Shown piece after piece: positions 12,188 through 22,277 of a stretch of 64,000 nucleotides of DNA. Both the position numbers and the translations under genes were made by a program. Source of the DNA: Centroscyllium fabricii (Eukaryota). The stretch is from positions 560,232,001 through 560,296,000 of the forward strand of contig JBNRSN020000001.1 in NCBI GenBank assembly GCA_051313645.2, written 5' to 3'. The notes under the pieces are model-generated. The model worked only from the letters and a program-made list of their open reading frames with translations, did not search any database and was not told the DNA's origin. Position 1 is the first letter of the stretch. Each line of letters opens with the position of its first letter.

Positions 12188-12721
12188 ACTGTGGACGGGC
12201 TCAGGACGATGGCGGACCACAGTCTTGAGGAAGCCGAACTTTGCCTTCACCCACTGCTCCCTCTCTGTCAGTTCCGGGGCGCCATCACCGCTCTTCTTCT
12301 TGTGGAGACGGGTGTGGGTGTCTCGCAGGGACTTGAACCACCCTTGAAGGTGCTCGACACTCTTCCCCATGGCCTTTGCCTGATCCTCCCAGAGCTTTGC
12401 CTTCTTGTCCACCCTCCGGTAGTCAGTTTTCTTAATGTCCCAGAGAATGGCGTTCTCAAAAAGAAAATCGCACATCAGCTGCTCCTCTTCAACATCAAGA
12501 CAAAACTGTGTCTTCTTGGCCCTCTTCTTCGCAAGGGTTGTTTGAGAGCAGGTGGAGGCCACGGACGCAGCCACCGACGATGCCCGAGAGGCGTTGGAAC
12601 CAGCATCCTCTCCGTCAGAGGGTGAGCGTGATGGGAAGGGTGTGGGTGATGGATCCACCATGCGTCCGCGCCCACGGCCAGGAGACTTCCTGGCAGCATT
12701 CTTGGAACTTTTCCTAGGCAT
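12188..12721 (-). CDS. MADF (Myb/SANT-like) DNA-binding protein, exon 1
   Basis: ATG at 12721; EEEQLMCDFLFENAILWD..DYRR..KAKLWEDQAKAMG..LQGWFKSLRD..KKKSGDG..W..FGFL matches the MADF pattern; donor AGT|GTAAGT at 12188/12187, phase 0. Confidence 0.85.
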
Positions 12722-13140
12722 GTTGTAGAGACTTGGCAAGAACAGACTTCTCAAAGCAGATTTTCATGTAGAACTGGAATCAGTTTGGGTGGGTGGAGCT
12801 GCACTTAAATGTCTAGTGGTATGATTTGAATCGTCCAATGACAGCCTTTGAATAGGCTACACCACCTGATCGTCGGCGATAGGCTGCCGCGCGCTATGCA
12901 TACGTTAGACTATCGTTGGGCATACGTTGTGAACGCCGACAACACGCTAAGCATTCGTTGGTATAAGTTGTTATAAAGATAGCGAAACGTTCTGTGTACG
13001 TTACTAATACGTTATGCATACGTCCAATACGTTATGAATACGCTATTATACGCCCAAAACTGAAAAAAAGGTCGAAAGTTCAGCGTTTTAGCCAAATTTG
13101 CATACGCTGGCTAAAACGTCAAGGTGTGACAGGGCCTTTA

Positions 13141-15562
13141 GTAATAGGCGAGCTGGTGATACTTTGGTCGTAGCATGGGCCGTATTACGGTAGGTCAGTA
13201 AGAACCTATGCAATCTTTGATGCAAAGTTCCTTGGCTTTGGGATGCTCTCAGGGCATGCTTCATCGTTTGCACAAACCTTTCAGCGAGGCCATTGGTTGC
13301 AGGATGATATGGGGCGCACCTGATATGCTGCACTCCATTTACTTGCAAGAAGGCAGCCATCTCCTGCGATACAAACTGTGGGCCATTGTCAGATACAAGC
13401 TGGACGGGAGCTCCAAACCGACTGAACATTTCCCCCAACTTCTCAATGGTCCTTTCTGACATGGTGGAACGCATGATTGCCACTTCAGGCCATTTGCTGT
13501 GTGCATCAACAGCAACAAGAAACATCTTTTCTTCAAACGGTCCTGCAAAATCAACATGGACCCTGTGCCATGGTTCTTCAGAGAAACTCCATGGGTGTAG
13601 AGGAGCCAACTGTGGACGATTTCTGACCTTCTGGCATGAAGAGCATGTCTTCGCAATGCTCTCGATCTGTCCATCCATGCCTGGCCACCAGAAATAGCTT
13701 CTTGCTATTTCCTTCATTCGGACAATTCCGCTGTGCCCTGAGTGGAGTTGTTGCAACACTGGTTTGCGTAATGATGGTGGAATGACCACCCTCCTTCCCC
13801 ATAGCAAACATCCCGACTGTACTGACAATTCCATTTTCTTTGACAGGTAGGGCTGTAAGTTGCTGTCCCCGTTACCAACGGTGCCCTTTACAATGATCTC
13901 CACAACAGCCGATAAGATGGGATCGGTGCGCGTAGCACCTCGTACTTGAGAAGCTGAGACAGGAGCATTGTCCACCTGGCTAAAATAAAAGACTTCTGCC
14001 TTATGGAATTCGGGTTTAGTGACAGGAAGTGGCAACCTAGATAAACCATCGGCGTTGCAGTGTGACTCTGCCTTACGATATTTTATGTCATAAGAATGAG
14101 CAGACAGTAATAAAGCCCAACGTTGCAGACGACTTGCAGCAAGAGACGGTATCCCAGTGTGTGGACCCAGGATGGTTGTGAGAGGCCGATGGTCTGTAAG
14201 AAGTGTGAACCTCCGTCCATATAAATACTGGTGGAATTTCCGAACTCCAAAAACGATACTTAAAGCTTCTCGCTCCAGTTGAGCATAGTTGGCCTCTGCT
14301 TTATTCAGTGTCCTTGACGCAAAAGCGATGGGTCTTTCCTCCCCATTTGACAGGACATGCGAAAGAACTGCACCTACCCCATATGGAGATGCATCACAGG
14401 CCAGTTGAAGAGGAAGTGAAGGGTCAAAATGAGTCAAGACATCTGAACGAACTAGCAGCTCTTTAGCCTTTTTAAAAGCTTCTTGACATGCAGTACTCCA
14501 TTTCCATGTTCTGTCTTGGCACAGCAATTCATGAAGTGGCTTCAACAACGATGCTAGATTTGGCATAAACCGACCATCATAATTAAGTAGACCTAGAAAA
14601 GAACGCAGTTGACTGACGTTCTGTGGTGGTGGCGCATCCACAATGGCTGTGGTTTTAGATAGGGCAGTATGCAACCCCTCAGCATCAATGACATGCCCCA
14701 AGTACTCTACCGATGCTTTGAAAAATTCACACTTGTCTTTACGAACTCTGAGTCCATACTGTTTAAGACGATTTAGCATCGCATCCAAATTCTGAAGGTG
14801 TTGCTCATCAGTGACTCCAGTACAAAGAATATCATCCAGGTAACACTGTACTCCGGACAGTCCGCTAAGAATTTGATCCATGGCACGCTGGAACAGCGCT
14901 GGAGCTGAGGTAATACCGAAAGGCAACCGACAATAACGAAAAAGACCCTTGTGCGTGGTAATGGTGAGCAATTCACGCGAGTCTTTGTGGACATGCATTT
15001 GTAAATAGGCTTGACATAGGTCTATTTTACTTAACTTTTGTCCCCCACTGGGTCCAGCGAATAGATCATCGATGTGGGGAAGCGGGTACTGTTCCGCATA
15101 TAACACTGGGTTAAGTGTTACCTTGAAATCCCCACAGGTTCGGATGCCTCCATCTTTTTTTGGTACTGGAACTATCGGTGTAGCCCAATCACTAACAGTG
15201 ACCGGTTCCAATACTCCATTTTCCACGAGAGCATCTAGATCAGCTTCTACTTTCGGTTTGATAGCGTATGGTACCGACCTGGCCTTCATGAACACCGGCC
15301 TGCTATCCGGCTTAACATGTAATTTAACTGTTATGCCCTTCATGCTCCCCAGTTCATCTCGAAAAATTTCGCTGTTTTTCTCCAAAATGGCTTGCAGCTC
15401 TGAGGAGTGTTTTGATACCATGTGTATTGCCTGCCAGTCCAGCTTTATTTTTTTCAGCCACGTGCGCCCCATAATGGCAGGGTAGTTCCCTTGCGTCACG
15501 TATAGTGGAAGTTTTTCGGTTCTGCCGCCATACTGAACTATGACATCAGTCATCCCCTTCAT
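13141..15562 (-). CDS. Gypsy pol (RT, RNase H, integrase), interrupted at the C-terminus
   Basis: WATPIVPV, CGDFK, LPFG, YLDD, LACDASPYGVGAVL, TDHRPL, HSGH..C..C, HVDFAGP, SDNGPQF, NGLAERFVQ. Confidence 0.92.
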
Positions 15563-16578
15563 GTGTATTGCCCCGTAAATGTTTTGAAAACCGTATCAGA
15601 GGGTCGCAGCTTTAGGTGCCTCAAGGAGTTGTAAAAGACCTTGGTCGAAATAATTGAGGCCCGTGACCCGGTATCAATCTGCATTCTAACTACGTGTCCC
15701 TCTAGCTTGGGTGAAACCCAGTATCCATCTGAACCCTCATCTATGTTCCGTATTCTAAGGGTGTTTACCAGCAGTTCCTCCCCGGAGGAGTCACTTGACT
15801 TGTTCTCTTGTTTCATTGTATGAACGTATTTCTTCGTCCTAGCCCCGTACTTCGATGGGGTGCCCGTGCTTTTCTTACTACGACATGCCCGTTCTATGTG
15901 GCCCTTTTTCCCGCAGCTGCGGCATTCCAAATCCCTGCACCAACAAGAAGGTGCCAGGTGTCCCTTTTGTCCACAACGGAAGCACTGACCTTGACTGCTC
16001 GGTCCTTGGCCACTTAGCTTACCACCGTCAACCTTATATACACGACTTGTCGTCGCCTGCAGCTGCTGAGCTTCCTTCGAAGCCATTTCCATGCTCACTG
16101 CAATATTCAGGGCTTGCTCCCATGTTAACTCCTTCTCTGTTAATAATTTCTTCTGAGCGGCTTCGTTGCTTAAGCCACATACTAGCCGGTCTCTCAGTGT
16201 ATCGTTCAGCGATTGCCCAAAATTGCAATGCTCTGCGAGCTTCCGCAACACTGCTGCAAACTTTGTAACCGCCTCTCCGTCTCCTTGGCTGCGTCTATGA
16301 AAGCGAAACCGTTCCGCGATGACCAAGGGTTTGGGTGCAAAATGGTTGGCCAGTGTCTCTACGATTAATCCATAGGTTTGGGTTCCTGGTTTGTCTGGCT
16401 GCAGTAAATCACGCAGTAGATTATATGTTTTCGGGCCCATCATGCTCAAAAATGTGGCGGAAATTCTTTCTTCCTTGATGTCATTTGCTTTGACAAAACA
16501 GTCAAATCGCTCCGTATACCCAGACCACTGCTCTGTTCCTTCATCATAGGGCCCAATCGTTCCGTAGACTGCCGCCAT
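15559..16578 (-). CDS. Gypsy gag plus N-terminal part of aspartic protease
   Basis: IAERFRFHRRSQ..LRDRLVCGL; two zinc knuckles CFRCGQKGHLAPSC, CRSCGKKGHIERAC; IDTGS protease motif; frameshift to pol near 15570. Confidence 0.9.
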   Translation of the reverse strand: MAAVYGTIGPYDEGTEQWSGYTERFDCFVKANDIKEERISATFLSMMGPKTYNLLRDLLQPDKPGTQTYGLIVETLANHFAPKPLVIAERFRFHRRSQGDGEAVTKFAAVLRKLAEHCNFGQSLNDTLRDRLVCGLSNEAAQKKLLTEKELTWEQALNIAVSMEMASKEAQQLQATTSRVYKVDGGKLSGQGPSSQGQCFRCGQKGHLAPSCWCRDLECRSCGKKGHIERACRSKKSTGTPSKYGARTKKYVHTMKQENKSSDSSGEELLVNTLRIRNIDEGSDGYWVSPKLEGHVVRMQIDTGSRASIISTKVFYNSLRHLKLRPSDTVFKTFTGQYT

Positions 16579-17173
16579 TGTTCACCCCTTTTCGCGCCCC
16601 CCTTTTTTTTTTCTTTAAACTATTTAACAGCTTCGCGTTCTGTTCGCGCCCTTTTTCTTTAACGGCCTCACGTTCTGTTCGCGCTCTCTTTAAACAACCA
16701 AAACGGCTTCGCGCTCTTTTTAAAAAAATTATATGGCTCTCTTACCTCCTTTTTGAGGTACCTGGTGGTCGACTCCGTTGTCCGTTTTCTGGCACCGCCA
16801 CGTCCGCTGTTTGGAGTGCTCCCAGCTCCTCCAACCTCCAGCGGTGGCAGGCCTCCTCCTCTGTTGGCTGTCCTCCAGCCCCGTTCAGCCTCCTGTGTGT
16901 GTCCGTCGACCGCGGTTCCTCCCGCCGGTCCCGGTGCCGTTTTTTTTTCTTCTTTCTCTGCAGCCGCCTCACCAATACCGGAACGTTGGACGTCCGATGT
17001 CCACTCCAGTATCGAGTGCGTCCTGCCTTTTTTTTCTTTTAAAAACGGCGAGTTCTTCTTTTTTATTTCAATTTTTTTTTTTTATATTACTTTAAAAAAT
17101 TTTTTTTTATTTTAACTTGTCGATGAGTCTGTTTGACTCATCAATAGTGGATCCTATCCACCTCGTTGCCAGA

Positions 17174-17344
17174 TGTTATATCTATTAATGATCACACACA
17201 GAGCCTTCATAAACGTCGACTAGTTTATTCCATAGCAGCCATTACACAGCCCTACATGCTGTGGTTACCCAGCATCCTTTGGGGATGGAACATTCCAAGT
17301 ATCACAGCCCTTAAGGGGAGTGCAGACTCTACCAATATATAACA
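17174..17344 (-). repeat. 5' LTR (171 bp)
   Basis: Identical to 9568-9738; followed on the minus strand by the PBS. Confidence 0.95.
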
Positions 17345-17690
17345 AAAAATATAATGGGGGCCGAAGTTATGACCTGAAATTGTTGAACTCGATATTGAGT
17401 CTGGAGGGCTGTAAAGTGCCGAATCGGAAGATGAGGTGTTGCTCCTCGAGTTTACGCTGAGCTTCTGAGGAACACTGTAATAGGCCAAGGACAGAGAGAT
17501 CAGAGCGGGAGTGAAGCGGAGAATTAAAGTGACAGGCGACCGGGAACTCGGGGGTCCCCCCAAAGGGTTCGAACCCGAAACGTCAACTCTATATTTCTCT
17601 CCTCACGGATGTTTCCTGAACGGCTGAGTTTTTCCAGCATTTTCTGTTGTTATTTTGGATTTCCAGCATCCGCAGTATTTTGCTATCGTA
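17345..17690 (-). mobile_element. Penelope-like element: GIY-YIG C-terminus plus inverted pseudo-LTR
   Basis: 17370-17555 is the reverse complement of the PLE C-terminus seen at 50120-50300; 17560-17690 is an inverted copy of the 9235-9325 pLTR. Confidence 0.7.
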
Positions 17691-18317
17691 ACAGTTTAAA
17701 GTTTGGGATAGGGATGGGAGGATTGTGGCAGGGGCGGGAGAAATAGTTGAGAGGGGAGATATGAAAGGTGGCATGACGAGGTGATAGGAAGGGGAGGAGG
17801 CAGGAGAGGGTCCTAAGGCAGTAAAGCGGAGATTTAAAAAAATGCCATCAACGCGCCCCATTCTGGTATCGTTTATCTGCATTTCCTTCACCCAGCTATC
17901 CAATCTAATCTTGAATGTTGACATTGTTTCTGCCTGAGTCACTCACCCTGGAATAGAATTCTACTGCATCACAACTTTGTGTAAAGTTTCCATTGAATAT
18001 AGTGACCATCTTTCCTTGAAATCATCAGTTTCAACAACATAAATGTACAATGATAAATGTCACAATCATTAGTCGGGCATGTCAAGAACATGGATCAGAC
18101 TGGCTGGCGCCTGCCAGCACAGTCACCGGCAATTTAAATAAAAATCACCAAACACAATAGGACTGATACCAGAAACAAAATAGAACTGAAGCCATACACT
18201 TCAGAATATATTTACGTGCACAAATATAGGATCAATTTAAGTGAAGAACATTGGATTCAAAAGCAGAATGCAATCTGGTCAAATTGGCAGATGATGTTGA
18301 AACTGAAGGGAGCAGGT

Positions 18318-18715
18318 AGAAACATAGAAACATAGAAGATAGGAGCAGGAGTAGGCCATTCGGCCCTTCGAGCCTGCTCCACCATTCAATGAGATCATGG
18401 CTGATCATCCAAACCCAGTACCCCTGCCCTCTCCCCATATCCATCGATCCCTATCGAACCTGCACCGACACATATCCCACCCCATCCCCGTAACCCCACA
18501 CATTCAATCCCCCTAACACTAAGGGTCAATTTATCCTGGCCAATCAACCTAACCCGCACATCTTTGGACTGTGGGAGGAAACCGGAGCACCCGGAGGAAA
18601 CCCACGCAGACACTGGGAGAATGTGCAAACTCCACACAGATAGCACCCGAGGCTGGATTTGAACCCGGGTCTCCAGTGCTGTAAGGCAACAGTGCTAACC
18701 ACTATGCCACCGGGC
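18318..18715 (-). mobile_element. HE1-like V-SINE
   Basis: Close reverse-complement copy of 3696-4086 with (TTTCTATG)n tail. Confidence 0.9.
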
Positions 18716-18721
18716 CGAAGG

Positions 18722-19281
18722 CCGGGGAGCCCAGAACCAAGGGTCACAGACTAAGGATAAGGGGTAAACCATTTAGGACAGAGATGAAGAGGAATTTCTT
18801 CACCCAGAGAGTGGTGAACCTGTGGAATTCTCTAGCACACAAGGCAGTAGAGGCCAATTTATTAAATATATTCAAGAAGGAGTTAGATACATTTCTTCCA
18901 TATTTGTAGCAAAGGTACACCCAGCAGAAGAAAAAAGCTACTTCTGTGACATGACTGAACATTTGCCCCTTCACAACTTTCAAAAAGGAATTGGATAAAT
19001 ACTGGAAGGGGAAAAAATTGCATGGCTAAGGGGAAAGAGCGGGAGAGTAGGACTAATTGGAATAGCTCTTTTAAAAAGCCGGCACAGACACGATGTGCTG
19101 ATGTGGCCTCCTTCTGTGCTGTATCATTCTATGATCTTAAGGCTAAAGGGATCAAGGGATAGGGAGAGAGGGCAGGGACAGGGTACTGAATTTGGATGAT
19201 CAGCCATGATCTCATTGAATGGCGGAACAGGCTCGAGGGGCCGAATGGCCTACTCTTGCTCCTATCTTCTATGTTTCTATG
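18722..19281 (+). mobile_element. CR1 3'-end fragments (nested)
   Basis: RTKGHRLRIRGKPFRTEMKRNFFTQRVVNLWN and two CR1-type 3' tails. Confidence 0.75.
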
Positions 19282-19348
19282 ACCTACAGAAGGTGAAATA
19301 AAATATGTAGATAGGCAGAGCAGTGGTACATGAAATCCAGTAAGGCGA

Positions 19349-19450
19349 AGTTCTGACGAAGGGTCAACGACCTGAAACGCTAACTCTGTTTCTATCTACA
19401 CAAATGCTGCCTGACCTGCTGGGTATTTCCAGCATTTTCTGTTTTTATTT
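19349..19450 (+). mobile_element. Penelope pseudo-LTR fragment with mutated hammerhead
   Basis: AGTT-CTGACGA-A-GGGTC AAC GACCT-GAAA-CGCT-AACT; same family as 51365-51500 but the cleavage triplet reads GCU. Confidence 0.65.
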
Positions 19451-19566
19451 TATATTATAAACCATATGATACTATGATCACTGTTCCCTAAATGTTCACC
19501 CTCTGTCACTTGCTCCACTTGACTGTACCCATGGATTGGAGGGTAGCTAATGTTACCCCACTATTC

Positions 19567-22185
19567 TACAGAAGCTTCTGGAGGAGCAGGGAGGGAGGAA
19601 AGCGCGGGGGGGGAGTAGCACTGCTGGTCAAGGACAACGTGACGGCTACAGAAAAAAACTTTGAGGGGGACACACGAACGGAGGTAGTATGGGCGGAGCT
19701 TAGGAATAGGAAGGGGGCGGTAACGTTAGTGGGAGTCTTTTATAGACCACCAAATAGTAACAGGGAGGTGGAGGAGGAAATTGCGCGACAAATAAAGGAA
19801 AGATGTGGGGGACAGAGGGTAGTTATAATGGGAGATTTCAATTTCCCTAATATAGACTGGAATCTAGGTAGGTCAAAGAGTGCAGAGGGAGAGATTTTCT
19901 TACAATGCGTACAGGAAGGTTTCCTGACACAATACGTGGAGGAACCAACAAGGGGGGGGGCAACGTTGGACCTGGTTCTGGGAAATGAACCAGGCCAAGT
20001 GGTAGAACTGGGGGTAAGGGAGCACTTTGGGGACAGTGACCACAACTCGGTGACGTTCACAATAGTAATGGAGAAGGATAGGAGCATGAGGCAGGGTAAG
20101 GTATACAGCTGGGGGAGGGGAAATTACGACAGGGTTAGGCACGATTTAGCTAACACCAATTGGGAACGGGAACTTGCTGGGAGAGGAACGGAAGAAAAAT
20201 GGAGAGTGTTCAGGGAGCAAATTATGAAAGCCCTGGATAAGCATGTCCCGAGTAGGATGGGAAGCAAGGGTAAGAGGAGAGAACCATGGATCACGAAAGA
20301 GGTAGAACAATTAGTAAAAAAGAAGAAGGAAGCATATGATAGAATGAGAAAACAGAGTACAGAAGGGGCGGGAAGGGAGTACAAAGAAGCAAGGAAAAAT
20401 CTGAAGAATGGGCTAAGGAAGGCAAAGGGAGGGCATGAGAAGGCATTAGCGGGAAGGATAAAGGAGAACCCTAAGGCTTTCTATGCTTACGTGAGAAATA
20501 AAAGGATGACTAGGGTAAAAGTAGGGCCCATCAAAGACAGCAAGGGAGAAATGTGCACGGAGCCAGAGGAAATTGGGGAAGCACTAAATGAATATTTTGC
20601 GTCCGTGTTCACAAGGGAGAGGGAACTAAAAGTAGAGGGGGAGTTCAAGATACAAGGGGAAAGGATGGGGGAAGTAAATATTCAGAGGGGGGAGGTATTA
20701 GATATTCTGGAGAAACTGAAGGTAGACAAATCTCCTGGGCCGGACGGGATATATCCAAGGATTCTCTGGGAGGCGAGGAACGAAATCGCAGAGCCACTGA
20801 CCTCTATCTTTAGATCATCGCTATCCTCGGGGATAGTCCCTAAGGACTGGAGAGAGGCGAATGTGTCTCCCATATTTAAAAAGGGGAGCAGGGACGTGCC
20901 AGGGAACTACAGACCAGTCAGCCTCACCTCAGTGGTCGGAAAGGTGATGGAAAGGGTCCTGAGGGACAGGATCTACGACCATCTGGAAAGGGGCGAATTA
21001 ATCAGAAGCAGTCAGCACGGATTCGTTAAGGGCAAGTCGTGCCTGACCAACCTGATTGAGTTCTTTGAAGAGGTGACCAAGAGTGTGGACGAGGGAAAGG
21101 CGGTTGATGTCATATATATGGACTTCAGCAAGGCGTTCGACAAGGTCCCGCACGGTCGGCTCATGAGGAAAGTAAGGAGTTGCGGGGTAAGCAACAAAGT
21201 GGTGGGATGGATTGAGAACTGGCTGGCTCAGAGGAAGCAGAGGGTAGTGGTAGAAGGCCAATACTCGGGCTGGAGACCGGTCACCAGTGGGGTACCACAG
21301 GGGTCGGTGTTGGGGCCACTACTGTTTGTAATCTTCATCAATGACTTGGAGGAGGGGACTGAGGGGTGGGTCAGCAAATTTGCGGATGACACAAAGATTG
21401 GGGGAGAAGTGGATGAGGAGGAAGGAAGTAGAAAGATTCAGAGGGATATAGATAGGATGCAGAGCTGGGCTGAAGAATGGCAAATGGAGTTCAACACGGG
21501 GAAATGCGAGGTGATGCACTTCGGTAGGGCAAATAGGAAGAGGGAATATAGGGTCAACGGCAGGGTCCTGAGTGAAGCAGAGGAGCAAAGGGATCTGGGA
21601 GTATATGTACACAGATCACTGAAGGCTGCCACCCAGGTGGACAAGGCAGTAAAAAAGGCCTATGGTGTATTGGCCTTCATCAACAGGGGAATAGAGTTTA
21701 AGAACCGGGAGGTCATGCTGCAGCTGTACAGGTCACTGGTGAGACCACACGTGGAGTACTGTGTGCAGTTCTGGGCACCGTACTACAGGAGGGATGTGGA
21801 GGCGCTGGAGAGAGTGCAGAGGAGATTCACCAGGATGCTGCCGGGAATGGGGGGAAAGTCATACGAGGAACGGTTAAGGGAACTGGGACTCTTCTCCCTG
21901 GAACGGAGAAGGAAGAGGGGGGACTTGATAGAGATGTTTAAAATGATGAAGGGGATCGATAGAGTAAACGTGCAAAGACTGTTTCCCCGGGCGGGAAGAA
22001 CAACAACAAGAGGACACGAGCACAAGATTCAAGGAGGAAGATTCAGAAGGGATGGCAGGGGCAAGTTCTTTACACAGAGAGTGGTCGGGGAATGGAATAG
22101 GCTACCATCTGAAATAGTGGATGCGGACAGTCTGGGTGCTTTTAAAAGGATGATAGACAGATACATGGAGGGGAAGGAACAGTAG
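19567..22185 (+). CDS. CR1 ORF2 portion (partial APE endonuclease + reverse transcriptase), open but 5'-truncated
   Basis: GVFYRPP, MGDFNFP, LDLVL, SDHN (APE); NYRPVSLTS, DFSKAFD, GVPQGSVLGP, FADD (RT); no stop in 872 codons. Confidence 0.9.
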   Translation, partial: YRSFWRSREGGKRGGGVALLVKDNVTATEKNFEGDTRTEVVWAELRNRKGAVTLVGVFYRPPNSNREVEEEIARQIKERCGGQRVVIMGDFNFPNIDWNLGRSKSAEGEIFLQCVQEGFLTQYVEEPTRGGATLDLVLGNEPGQVVELGVREHFGDSDHNSVTFTIVMEKDRSMRQGKVYSWGRGNYDRVRHDLANTNWERELAGRGTEEKWRVFREQIMKALDKHVPSRMGSKGKRREPWITKEVEQLVKKKKEAYDRMRKQSTEGAGREYKEARKNLKNGLRKAKGGHEKALAGRIKENPKAFYAYVRNKRMTRVKVGPIKDSKGEMCTEPEEIGEALNEYFASVFTRERELKVEGEFKIQGERMGEVNIQRGEVLDILEKLKVDKSPGPDGIYPRILWEARNEIAEPLTSIFRSSLSSGIVPKDWREANVSPIFKKGSRDVPGNYRPVSLTSVVGKVMERVLRDRIYDHLERGELIRSSQHGFVKGKSCLTNLIEFFEEVTKSVDEGKAVDVIYMDFSKAFDKVPHGRLMRKVRSCGVSNKVVGWIENWLAQRKQRVVVEGQYSGWRPVTSGVPQGSVLGPLLFVIFINDLEEGTEGWVSKFADDTKIGGEVDEEEGSRKIQRDIDRMQSWAEEWQMEFNTGKCEVMHFGRANRKREYRVNGRVLSEAEEQRDLGVYVHRSLKAATQVDKAVKKAYGVLAFINRGIEFKNREVMLQLYRSLVRPHVEYCVQFWAPYYRRDVEALERVQRRFTRMLPGMGGKSYEERLRELGLFSLERRRKRGDLIEMFKMMKGIDRVNVQRLFPRAGRTTTRGHEHKIQGGRFRRDGRGKFFTQRVVGEWNRLPSEIVDADSLGAFKRMIDRYMEGKEQ

Positions 22186-22277
22186 GGGGGACAGGAAAAA
22201 TCAGAGACGGACTAAGGGCGGCACTACATTGAGGGCCCAAGGGCCTGTACAGTGCTGTATGTTCTATGTTCTATGTT
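19567..22277 (+). mobile_element. Young 5'-truncated CR1 LINE
   Basis: TSD CTATTC (19561-19566, 22278-22283); (GTTCTAT)n tail; uninterrupted ORF. Confidence 0.93.

Larger units (their letters stand above)
10477..13137 (-). mobile_element. PIF/Harbinger-type DNA transposon lacking transposase, carrying the Myb/MADF gene
   Basis: 57-bp TIRs (10477-10533, 13081-13137; 1 mismatch) starting AGGCCCTGTCACACC; 3-bp flanks TGA/TTA (TWA-type TSD, one mismatch); TACG/CGTA-rich subterminal regions. Confidence 0.85.
9568..17344 (-). mobile_element. Full-length Ty3/Gypsy (Mag-like) LTR retrotransposon
   Basis: Two identical 171-bp TG..CA LTRs, TSD AAAAA, PBS TGGCAACGAGG (tRNA-Ser(GCT)-like), PPT AAGGGGGGAGGAGA, gag-pro-RT-RH-IN order. 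Confidence 0.97.

Noticed and set aside
15559-15590. Programmed frameshift in the minus-strand Gypsy
   Set aside because: Falls inside the protease domain with no clear slippery site; treated as a 1-nt lesion
19492-19566. ATG and N-terminus of the 897-aa ORF as a real start
   Set aside because: Chance in-frame fusion of flank and host CR1 with a 5'-truncated insertion; the TSD marks the junction
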